Source of the DNA: Bacteroidota bacterium
GTDB lineage: Bacteria; Bacteroidota; Ignavibacteria; UBA10030; UBA8401
Length of the DNA stretch: 53,610 nt
Assembly: GCA_020052095.1 (NCBI GenBank)
Contig: JAGVPT010000159.1
Span: forward strand, 1-53,610
Direction of reading: 5' to 3'
Of this stretch, positions 1 through 7,199 are shown piece by piece. The notes under the pieces were generated by a model. That model was not told the DNA's origin. It did no database searches and was given only the letters and a program-made list of their open reading frames with translations. How positions within the stretch are numbered: position 1 is the first letter of the stretch; every line of letters starts with the position of its first letter. The position numbers were made by a program, and so were the translations under genes.

Positions 1-97
1 AGTCTGCTCTAAAAAGGCATTTTTGAGAAAATAATTGTCCAATTTAAACTGGATTCGATATCTAAAAATTGAAATTAGACCTTTTTAGATTCGACTC
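1..97. mobile_element. MITE-like element with terminal inverted repeats (left end at or cut by the window edge)
   Basis: AGTCTGCTCTAAAAAGG (1-17) versus CCTTTTTAGATTCGACTC (80-97; reverse complement GAGTCGAATCTAAAAAGG). Non-coding AT-rich interior. End motif resembles the MITE at 11589-11758. Confidence 0.5.
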
Positions 98-116
98 AAT
101 CTTGTAATCCTGTAAT

Positions 117-929
117 TCAAACGGCTACCTCAAACCGGATCGGCTCATCACATTCATAGCCGAGTAACGTCAAGTCTTCGAATTGCAGCTGGTCGAGCGG
201 TTTTTTTGCGATGAGAAGTTTCGGGCGGGACTTCGGCGAACGCTTCAGTTGTTCTTTCAATCCGTCAATATGGTTCACATAAATATGAGCATCGACAATC
301 GTATGGCTGAAGTAACCGACCTCGAGTCCGACTTCCTGCGCAATCGCTTGAGTCAGGAGAGAGTATGCCGCGATGTTGAATGGAATGCCAAGCGCGATAT
401 CTCCTGAACGCTGCGTAAGATGGCAATTCAATTTGTTCTCCATTACGTTGAACACAAACGAGTAGTGGCACGGCGGCAGTTTGCTGTGCAACGCGTTTCC
501 CGGCTCCCACGCACTTACCACCATGCGGCGGGAATTCGGAGTCGTTTTCAAGAGATGAATCACTTCGGCTATTTGGTCTACTTCTTTCACTTCGTACTTT
601 CCGGTAGCCGGATTCAATTGCGCACTGGGGAATCGGCGCCAATAGCGGCCGTACGCTGTTTCGAGATTTCCGTTCTCGTCTGCCCAGGCGTCCCAGATCT
701 TTGTGTGTGTGCGAAGATTTCTGATGTGATCGTCACCTGAGATATACCAAAGCATTTCGTAGAAGAGAGACTTTGTCTGCATTTTCTTCGTCGTCAACAA
801 CGGATAACCTTCACTCAGATCGATCGTGTAATGCTCGGCAAAACATGTGAGCGTGTCTACTCCCGTCCGATTTTTCTTCAACACACCTTTGGACAGAACG
901 CGGTCGACAAGGTCAAGATATTCTCTCAT
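117..929 (-). CDS. thyA: Thymidylate synthase
   Basis: NRTGVDT, YGRYWR, SRRMVVSAW, catalytic LPPCH, QRSGDIALGIPFNIAAY and DAHIYVNH motifs. Start placed at ATG 929 (MREYLDL) behind a GGAG RBS. Confidence 0.97.
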   Translation of the reverse strand: MREYLDLVDRVLSKGVLKKNRTGVDTLTCFAEHYTIDLSEGYPLLTTKKMQTKSLFYEMLWYISGDDHIRNLRTHTKIWDAWADENGNLETAYGRYWRRFPSAQLNPATGKYEVKEVDQIAEVIHLLKTTPNSRRMVVSAWEPGNALHSKLPPCHYSFVFNVMENKLNCHLTQRSGDIALGIPFNIAAYSLLTQAIAQEVGLEVGYFSHTIVDAHIYVNHIDGLKEQLKRSPKSRPKLLIAKKPLDQLQFEDLTLLGYECDEPIRFEVAV

Positions 930-994
930 TACTTCTCCGAGTTGTAACAACACGCTGTAATTGCACAATCATAGATACTTTCCCCTTGAAAATC

Positions 995-1020
995 AAGCTC
1001 CGCCCGTCGACGGAGCTTTT
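995..1020 (-). terminator. Hairpin, probable intrinsic terminator of the 1042-1464 gene
   Basis: AAGCTCCG-(8 nt)-CGGAGCTT with T/A-rich flanks. Confidence 0.5.
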
Positions 1021-1041
1021 GTCAGCATCGTCACCGTAGGA

Positions 1042-1464
1042 TCAGTCGGGAAGAAAATTCATCAATCTCTCATAGAGATCGTGGACGGCGAGGTACGATT
1101 TCTTGAGCTCTGCATCCGTGCCGCTTTTCGCATCGCCCTTGTACTTCACAAGTGCATCTGAGAAGCTCTGCAATGTTCTCTCATACTCGGCCGTTTTCTC
1201 GATGTCTTTCGGAATTCCAAGATTCACGATCGCCTCCCCCTTCTCAACAAGCAATTTTGACTTCTCGCGGATCTTCTTAAAATCCTTAGCCGGAAGAGCT
1301 TTGTGCTGCAACGGCCGAAGCACACTATGGAAGGCTTCAAATTCCGCCTTGCCGAATTCCATTTTTATTTCCTTTTTTTCCATCTTTTGTTCTTCCTGAG
1401 CAGTAAGGATAAATGAATAGCTGAACAGCAATACGAGACCAAACATCCAGGCCATCTTTTTCAT
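1042..1464 (-). CDS. Hypothetical secreted helical protein (140 aa)
   Basis: Signal peptide MKKMAWMFGLVLLFSYSFILTA, AGGAG RBS, amphipathic helices. Confidence 0.75.
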   Translation of the reverse strand: MKKMAWMFGLVLLFSYSFILTAQEEQKMEKKEIKMEFGKAEFEAFHSVLRPLQHKALPAKDFKKIREKSKLLVEKGEAIVNLGIPKDIEKTAEYERTLQSFSDALVKYKGDAKSGTDAELKKSYLAVHDLYERLMNFLPD

Positions 1465-1507
1465 AGACTTCTCCTTTTTCCGATTGATGATTGATGATTG
1501 TTTATTG

Positions 1508-1990
1508 TTAGTGCGTTACAGCCACTCCCGCTGCAAAAATTCCCAACTTCCAGTTCCCGAATTACAGGGTTCGTTGAGATATCAATAATTGCGACAGTCC
1601 CAGTTCTGTTCCCCCCAGCAGTCGGATGGTGCGGCTTGTCGGATCCATCCAGATTTTCGCAAGATACAGAGGCGTACATCCCGTCCCGCGAAATAGCCAC
1701 TCCGTGCGGCTCCACACCGACGTTCAGTATCGTCGTCACCACCGCGTGGTCGGATGTTCGAATCACTGAGACCGAATTTGAATTCCGATTTGCAACGTAG
1801 ATGAAGTTTCTATCCGGCGTCATATCAAGGATGAGGGGCCGCTGTCCGACTTTGATTGAATCTAGAACCTTCAACGAAGTCGGATTAATCACTCGCACTT
1901 CATTCGAAGCCGCGCAAGTCACAAACGCGAATCTGCTATCCAAAGAAACCACAGATTGATATGGCTGGAATTTCGGTGCGGAATTCGGAA
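1508..1990 (-). pseudogene. Remnant of a YVTN/YncE-type beta-propeller gene (5'-truncated, frameshifted near the 3' end)
   Basis: Repeats such as IKVGQRP...TPDRNFIYVANRNSNSVSVI and VGVEPHGVAISRDG. No signal peptide and an in-frame stop just upstream. Removing one base from the A5 run at 1535-1539 gives a natural ending VGNFAAGVAVTH* (stop at 1508-1510). Confidence 0.7.
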
Positions 1991-2048
1991 ATGATTGAAA
2001 TTAATATACATAAAGAGGTCTTTGTGCGCAAATTGACCCGCGATGGTA

Positions 2049-2096
2049 GTGATGCCATCACTCTGTGCGGCTTAGACAAGAAAGTCATGGCATCAC
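2049..2096. repeat. REP/REPIN-like inverted doublet, GTGATGCCATGACT family (short copy)
   Basis: GTGATGCCATCACT ... AGTCATGGCATCAC, with GTAG at 2046-2049. Other copies at 35532 and 47748; half-site at 41927. Confidence 0.8.
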
Positions 2097-2261
2097 AGCC
2101 CCTACAGAGTGCACTTCCATTTGTTTGGATTGTTTGCCCTTTCGAGCTTTTTGCCGTATCTTTTTCGGAGACACAAGAATTCTGTCGAGCTTCACTGCGA
2201 AATCCCGTGCCATGGGATTCTGAAAAGAACAAACCGAATTATCTGCAAGAAAGTGACCATC

Positions 2262-3404
2262 ATGGCTGACAACGAAAACCTTATCCAATCATTGCAGACG
2301 AGCTGGAAAAAAGAAAAAGCCGGCGCGGAAACGTATCGCGCGCTCGCATCGCGAGAGACGGACGAGAAACAGAGATCAATTCTCCTGAAACTCGCCGAGG
2401 CTGAAGATCTCCATGCCAAAAAATGGGAAGCACGGCTGAAAGATCTCGGCGCTGCGGCACCAGCAAGAATCGAGTCTTCATTTGAGAAAATGCGCCGTTG
2501 GCTCCTAGTGCGCAGCGGAACGGCGAATGCGGTGCAACGCCTGGAGGAACAGGAAGATCGTGACACGGATCGGTACGAGGCGGAAGCAACGCTCGCAACG
2601 AGTCCGGACGACAAGGCAGCGATGAACGAAATCAAAAAGGAAGAAAAGGTTCACGCAAAGGTCCTGCAATCGATGAATAGCAACGAGCACCCGCAGGCAA
2701 GACTGGATTCGATCTTCAAACGCGAAAAGTGGCACGCCGGACATTCGGGAGGATGGATTGGCCAGGCCGTCTACGGGGCAAACGACGGACTCGGCGCAGT
2801 CTTCGGAATTGTTACCGGGATGGCGGGCTACTCCGGCGGAAGCCATGTTGTCTGGGTCGCGGGAGTCGCCGGTACACTTGCGAGTGCACTTTCGATGGGA
2901 TCGGGCGCATATCTTTCGAGGAAATCTGAACGGGAAGTCTACGAAGCAGAGTTAGAACGAGAGCGAAAAGAAATCGAAGAAAATCCCGAAGAAGAAAAGC
3001 AGGAATTGGAATTGTTTTATCAGTTGAAAGGGTTTACCGCGACCGAAGCATCCATGATGGCGCAACGATTAACCGAAAACCCGGATCAGTTCTTGAAAAC
3101 GCTCGCCCACGAAGAATTGGGACTCTCATCATCTTCATTCCCCAATCCCGTGAAGGAAGCATTCTCCGCCACAGCCGCAACAGCCGTCGGAGGAATCATC
3201 CCCGTGATCCCCTTCATCTTCTATTCCGGTACATTGGCAATCGTACTCAGTCTTGTCATTAGCACGATTGCGCATTTTTTGGTCGGCGTGTTGAAGACAA
3301 TCGTCACCGGGCGAAGTTGGTGGCGCAGCGGGATGGAAATGACGTTGGTGGGATTGCTCACGGCAGCTATCGCATACGCCGTCGGCATGTTTCTGAGTCC
3401 TTAG
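2262..3404 (+). CDS. Rubrerythrin/ferritin-like domain fused to a VIT1/CCC1 transporter (MbfA-like iron exporter)
   Basis: N-terminal E..Y..LA / E..H ferritin-like motifs (EKAGAETY, EDLH, EKVH). C-terminal VIT1 motifs VYGANDGL and SALSMGSGAYLS. Start at ATG 2262 (MADNENL). Confidence 0.88.
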   Translation: MADNENLIQSLQTSWKKEKAGAETYRALASRETDEKQRSILLKLAEAEDLHAKKWEARLKDLGAAAPARIESSFEKMRRWLLVRSGTANAVQRLEEQEDRDTDRYEAEATLATSPDDKAAMNEIKKEEKVHAKVLQSMNSNEHPQARLDSIFKREKWHAGHSGGWIGQAVYGANDGLGAVFGIVTGMAGYSGGSHVVWVAGVAGTLASALSMGSGAYLSRKSEREVYEAELERERKEIEENPEEEKQELELFYQLKGFTATEASMMAQRLTENPDQFLKTLAHEELGLSSSSFPNPVKEAFSATAATAVGGIIPVIPFIFYSGTLAIVLSLVISTIAHFLVGVLKTIVTGRSWWRSGMEMTLVGLLTAAIAYAVGMFLSP

Positions 3405-3491
3405 TCCTTGGTCCTTGGTCCTTGGTCCTGGGTCCTGGGTCCTGAGTCCTGAGTTCCTAATTCTTAATTCATAATTCTTAATTCATAATTC
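3397..3491. repeat. Compound heptamer tandem array: (GTCCNNN)x8 followed by (AATTCWW)x5
   Basis: GTCCTTA GTCCTTG x3 GTCCTGG x2 GTCCTGA x2 ... AATTCTT AATTCAT AATTCTT AATTCAT AATTC. The start of the array overlaps the VIT1 stop codon. Confidence 0.95.
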
Positions 3492-3494
3492 AAC

Positions 3495-4697
3495 ATGCCT
3501 CGTCAGCACAACGCAGTCATCGTCGACGCTCTCCGCACTCCCGTCGGAAAATACGGCGGAGCTCTCAAAGACGTTCGCGTCGATGACATGAGCGCACTCA
3601 TCCTTCGCACTTTGGTTGAGCGAACGAAACTTGACCCGGCACTTATCGAAGATGTTTTTTGGGGATGCGCCAATCAAGCGGGTGAAGACAACCGCAACCT
3701 CGCACGTATGGCTGCCTTACTCGCGGGATTTCCGCAGTCGGTCCCCGGCACAACAATCAATCGGTTGTGCGGCTCTTCTCTCGAAGCTATCATCCAGGGC
3801 GCACGAGCGATCTGGTCCGGAGAGAACCAGGTTGTCATCGCCGGCGGTGCCGAAAGTATGACCCGGGCGCCGTACGTATTTTCAAAGAACGTCTCCGGCA
3901 GTGCGTTGCACGGAAATCTCACGGCATACGACACCTCACTCGGCTGGCGATTTCCTAATCCGAAAATGGAGAAGATCATTCCCCTCGAGAGCATGGGCGA
4001 AACAGCGGAAAATGTTGCAGAAAAATATTTGGTGAAGAGGAGCGATCAGGATGAATTCGCTCTGAATAGTCATCGAAAGGCTGTTGCCGCACGGAGTAGA
4101 CTCGCTGAAGAAATAGTCACCGTGGAAGTCCCAACGAAAAACGGCTCCATAAAAATCTCTGCCGATGAAGGGCCGCGTGAAGACACTTCTATAGAAAGAC
4201 TCTCCAAGCTCAAGCCCGCATTCAGAGAAAACGGATCGGTTACGGCTGGTAATTCGTCGTCGTTGAACGATGGCGCTGCGGGACTCATCATGATGTCGGA
4301 AGAAAAGGCGAATGCTTTCGGATTGAAACCGCTCGCGAGAATAATTTCGAGCGGAGTCGCCGGAGTTGACCCGCGATGTATGGGCATCGGTCCGGTCCCG
4401 GCCACTCAAAAGGCGCTTCAGAAAGCGAATATCAAGACAAGCGATATCGGATTGATTGAACTGAACGAAGCATTCGCCGCCCAGTCGATCGCTGTCATTC
4501 GAGAATTGAAATTGGATGGCTCACTTGTCAACGTGAACGGAGGCGCAATCGCACTCGGGCATCCCCTCGGATGCAGCGGCGCGCGGATCATGACAACGCT
4601 CGTTCACGAAATGCGCCGCCGCGACGTTCGCTTCGGACTTGCAACGATGTGCATCGGAGTGGGACAAGGAATTGCGGTTGTCGTGGAGAAGGGGTGA
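3495..4697 (+). CDS. Acetyl-CoA C-acyltransferase (thiolase), PcaF/PaaJ-like
   Basis: GCANQAGEDNRNLARMA, NRLCGSS (catalytic Cys), LGWRFPNP, NEAFAAQ, GGAIALGHPLGCSG and MCIGVGQG. Confidence 0.95.
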   Translation: MPRQHNAVIVDALRTPVGKYGGALKDVRVDDMSALILRTLVERTKLDPALIEDVFWGCANQAGEDNRNLARMAALLAGFPQSVPGTTINRLCGSSLEAIIQGARAIWSGENQVVIAGGAESMTRAPYVFSKNVSGSALHGNLTAYDTSLGWRFPNPKMEKIIPLESMGETAENVAEKYLVKRSDQDEFALNSHRKAVAARSRLAEEIVTVEVPTKNGSIKISADEGPREDTSIERLSKLKPAFRENGSVTAGNSSSLNDGAAGLIMMSEEKANAFGLKPLARIISSGVAGVDPRCMGIGPVPATQKALQKANIKTSDIGLIELNEAFAAQSIAVIRELKLDGSLVNVNGGAIALGHPLGCSGARIMTTLVHEMRRRDVRFGLATMCIGVGQGIAVVVEKG

Positions 4698-4701
4698 GGT
4701 T

Positions 4702-4734
4702 GGAAGGATGAATTAGGAATTAAGAATTATGAAG
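4702..4734. repeat. Left heptamer arm of the four-helix-bundle cassette
   Basis: GGAAGGATGAATTAGGAATTAAGAATTATGAAG. Inverted relative to 5097-5126 and the exact reverse complement of 9596-9628. Confidence 0.9.
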
Positions 4735-4756
4735 GGGGAAGCATGAGGGGGGGGAA

Positions 4757-5103
4757 GTGGAAAATCTGGTATCGCGAACGAAGAAATTTGCGCTACGGGT
4801 AATTCGATTATACAGTTCGTTGCCAAAACAGACTCTTGCACAAGTTCTTGGCAAGCAGGTATTGAGATCGGGAACCTCGGTTGGCGCGAACTACGAGAAG
4901 CATTCCGGGCGCATTCGTCAGCAAAATTTGTAGCCAAGATGGGAGATTGCGTGAAGGAATTGGAGGAGACTTCTTATTGGTTTGAGCTTCTCCTTGACAC
5001 AAATCTAATAACGACCGAGAGGCTGCATCCATTGCAGGATGAATGCAATCAATTGCTCTCAATCTTCGTGTCCATCATCAAACGCAAGAAAAGAAATTCA
5101 TAA
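4757..5103 (+). pseudogene. Four-helix-bundle protein (TIGR02436 / 23S rRNA intervening-sequence protein family), one-base frameshift; absent from the ORF track
   Basis: GTG start reads MENLVSRTKKFALRVIRLYSSLPKQTLAQVLGKQVLRSGTSVGANY. Adding one C at ~4894 (AAC TAC [C]GA GAA GCA) continues REAFRAHSSAKFVAKMGDCVKELEETSYWFELLLDTNLITTERLHPLQDECNQLLSIFVSIIKRKKRNS*. This matches the family pattern Q.LRSGTSVGANY.EA....S...F..K......EL.ET.YW.ELL. Confidence 0.9.
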
Positions 5104-5126
5104 TTCCTAATTCATGATTCTTCCTT
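5097..5126. repeat. Right heptamer arm of the four-helix-bundle cassette
   Basis: TTCATAATTCCTAATTCATGATTCTTCCTT. It contains the gene's stop codon and abuts the ALDH ATG. Confidence 0.85.
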
Positions 5127-6629
5127 ATGAAAGAATACGCCCTTTACATCAACGGCTCCTTCGTCGACTCCGACACGCTCCAGTCCTTCGCCTCCCTCAA
5201 CCCGTACAACCAGGAGACAGTCGCGCGAATAGCGCGCGCCGGCGTCGCCGATACGCAAAACGCGATTCGCGCGGCACGCAAAGCATTCGACGATGGTCCG
5301 TGGCCGCGAATGCCCCTCACCGAACGAGCCGCGTTCCTGAAAGCCATTTCAGACAAGATCAACGAACGGGCGAAGGAGTTGATTGCGCTGGAGGTGGACG
5401 ATTCCGGCTCGACACTCCGCAAAGCGAAGGAAGATATTTTCCTGAGTGCGCGGTGCATGAATTATTTTTCAAAGCTGGCAGCGAACGAGCTGACCGAGAA
5501 TATCGAGGGACTGTCTAAGCCCGGCTTCTCCCAGAATTTGATTGTGCACGAGCCGATCGGAGTGGTTGCCGCGATTATTCCCTGGAATTTCCCGCTGAAG
5601 ATGGCGGTGTGGAAACTCGGTCCTGCACTCGCTGCGGGGAACACGATTGTGCTGAAACCATCCGAACTGACGCCGTGCACCGCAATGGAACTGGCAAAGA
5701 TCTGCCACGAAGTTGGAATTCCGAAGGGAGTCGTGAATATCATCCCCGGATTTGGGGAAGATGTCGGGGAAGAGCTGGCGAAAAATCCGATGGTGGATAA
5801 AGTTTCTTTCACGGGTTCGACAGTCGTTGGCCGGCGGGTTATGTCGCTTGCTTCCTCTTCGCTCAAGAAATGCACTCTTGAATGTGGTGGCAAATCGGCT
5901 AACATTGTCCTGGACGACGCCGATTTGAATCTCGCGATAGACGGCGCGATGTACGCGATCTTTTATCATGCGGGACAATGCTGTGAAGCCGGAAGCCGGC
6001 TTCTCCTACCGGAAACAATTCACGACGATTTTGTCGGGAAGCTTGTTGCGAAAACTGCAAAAATAAAACTCGGCGATCCTAAACTAGAAACCACCGATAT
6101 GGGACCGGTGATTTCGAAGAAACAACAGGATAGGATTCTCGGATATATAGCTAAAGGAAAATCAGAAAACGGAACGCTGTCGTCGGGCGGCGGGATCCCC
6201 TCCTCCCTTGAATTGAAAAACGGATTCTTCGTAGAGCCGACGATCTTCACAAACGTTGAGAACAAATCGACGATCGCGCAGGAGGAAATTTTCGGTCCCG
6301 TCCTCTCTGTGATCAAATATAAAACGACAGTCGACGCTGTCCGGATTGCAAACGATTCAACGTACGGACTCGGCGCCGGCGTTTGGTCATCGGACAAAGT
6401 AAAAGCACTGAGCATCGCCAGACGGTTACGAGCAGGAACGGTTTGGATCAACGAATGGCACTTGATTTCCGAAAAAGCGCCGTTCGGCGGATATAAACAG
6501 AGCGGCGTCGGCCGCGAGTTTGGTGTGGATGGACTGAAGGAGTACACCGAGACAAAGCACCTCCACATCGACGAAGTCGGCTCGCGCGAAAAGAAATTCT
6601 GGTACGACACGGTTGTGCCGAAAGAGTGA
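5127..6629 (+). CDS. NAD(P)-dependent aldehyde dehydrogenase
   Basis: IIPWNFP, LKPSE, FTGSTVVG, LECGGKS, GQCCEAGSR, EEIFGPV and PFGGYKQSGVGRE. Confidence 0.96.
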   Translation: MKEYALYINGSFVDSDTLQSFASLNPYNQETVARIARAGVADTQNAIRAARKAFDDGPWPRMPLTERAAFLKAISDKINERAKELIALEVDDSGSTLRKAKEDIFLSARCMNYFSKLAANELTENIEGLSKPGFSQNLIVHEPIGVVAAIIPWNFPLKMAVWKLGPALAAGNTIVLKPSELTPCTAMELAKICHEVGIPKGVVNIIPGFGEDVGEELAKNPMVDKVSFTGSTVVGRRVMSLASSSLKKCTLECGGKSANIVLDDADLNLAIDGAMYAIFYHAGQCCEAGSRLLLPETIHDDFVGKLVAKTAKIKLGDPKLETTDMGPVISKKQQDRILGYIAKGKSENGTLSSGGGIPSSLELKNGFFVEPTIFTNVENKSTIAQEEIFGPVLSVIKYKTTVDAVRIANDSTYGLGAGVWSSDKVKALSIARRLRAGTVWINEWHLISEKAPFGGYKQSGVGREFGVDGLKEYTETKHLHIDEVGSREKKFWYDTVVPKE

Positions 6630-6646
6630 CGCTGCGGGGGAATCAT

Positions 6647-6776
6647 GGAGTATGCAGTATGGAGTAGGAAGTAAGCTGTGAGACAAAAGAAATAAATTCG
6701 TAATCACGTTTCACGTCTCAATGCTAGATCTCGACTTAAAACTCAAAACTTTTCACTTTTAACTTTCAACTCTCAC
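6647..6776. repeat. Degenerate heptamer arrays (GGAGTAT-, CACGTYT- and ACTYTYA-type)
   Basis: GGAGTAT GCAGTAT GGAGTAG GAAGTAA ... CACGTTT CACGTCT ... ACTCAAA ACTTTTC ACTTTTA ACTTTCA ACTCTCA. Confidence 0.8.
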
Positions 6777-6794
6777 CACTTACGCGGAGCAACC

Positions 6795-7124
6795 ATGGAC
6801 CACACACTTGTCACAACAAACTTCCAACTCGACGGATACAAGATCACAAAAAACCTCGGCGTCGTTCGGGGGATCGTCGTTCGTTCGCGATCGTTGATCG
6901 GCAATATCGGAGCTGGATTTCAAATCCTCTTCGGTGGAAATATCACCCTCTATACGAATTTGTGCGAGCAAACACGTCGCGATGCGTTCGAGGTGATGAT
7001 CCAACATGCCGCGCAACTCGGCGCAAATTCCGTCATAGGCTTCCGTTACGACGCTACAGAGATTATGGCCGGCGTAAGTGAAGTGCTCGCCTATGGAACG
7101 GCGTGTGTAGTGGAAAAAGTGTAA
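6795..7124 (+). CDS. YbjQ / UPF0145 family protein
   Basis: GYKITKNLGVVRG, GG....YT.L.EQTR..A, GAN.VIG.RYD and EVLAYGTA. Confidence 0.93.
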   Translation: MDHTLVTTNFQLDGYKITKNLGVVRGIVVRSRSLIGNIGAGFQILFGGNITLYTNLCEQTRRDAFEVMIQHAAQLGANSVIGFRYDATEIMAGVSEVLAYGTACVVEKV

Positions 7125-7199
7125 TAAAGTTGTTATTTTAGATGTAGTTTTTCACTTTCAGAATAAGCTGCTTTTTCTCTTCCGCTGAAAGGGGGCTGT

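Noticed and set aside
2109-2261. 51-aa N-terminal extension of the rubrerythrin-VIT1 protein
   Set aside because: It starts beside a REP element and has no domain character. ATG 2262 marks the start of the ferritin-like domain.
4713-5062. Minus-strand ORFs 4713-4937 and 4808-5062
   Set aside because: They are antisense shadows of the frameshifted four-helix-bundle gene on +.
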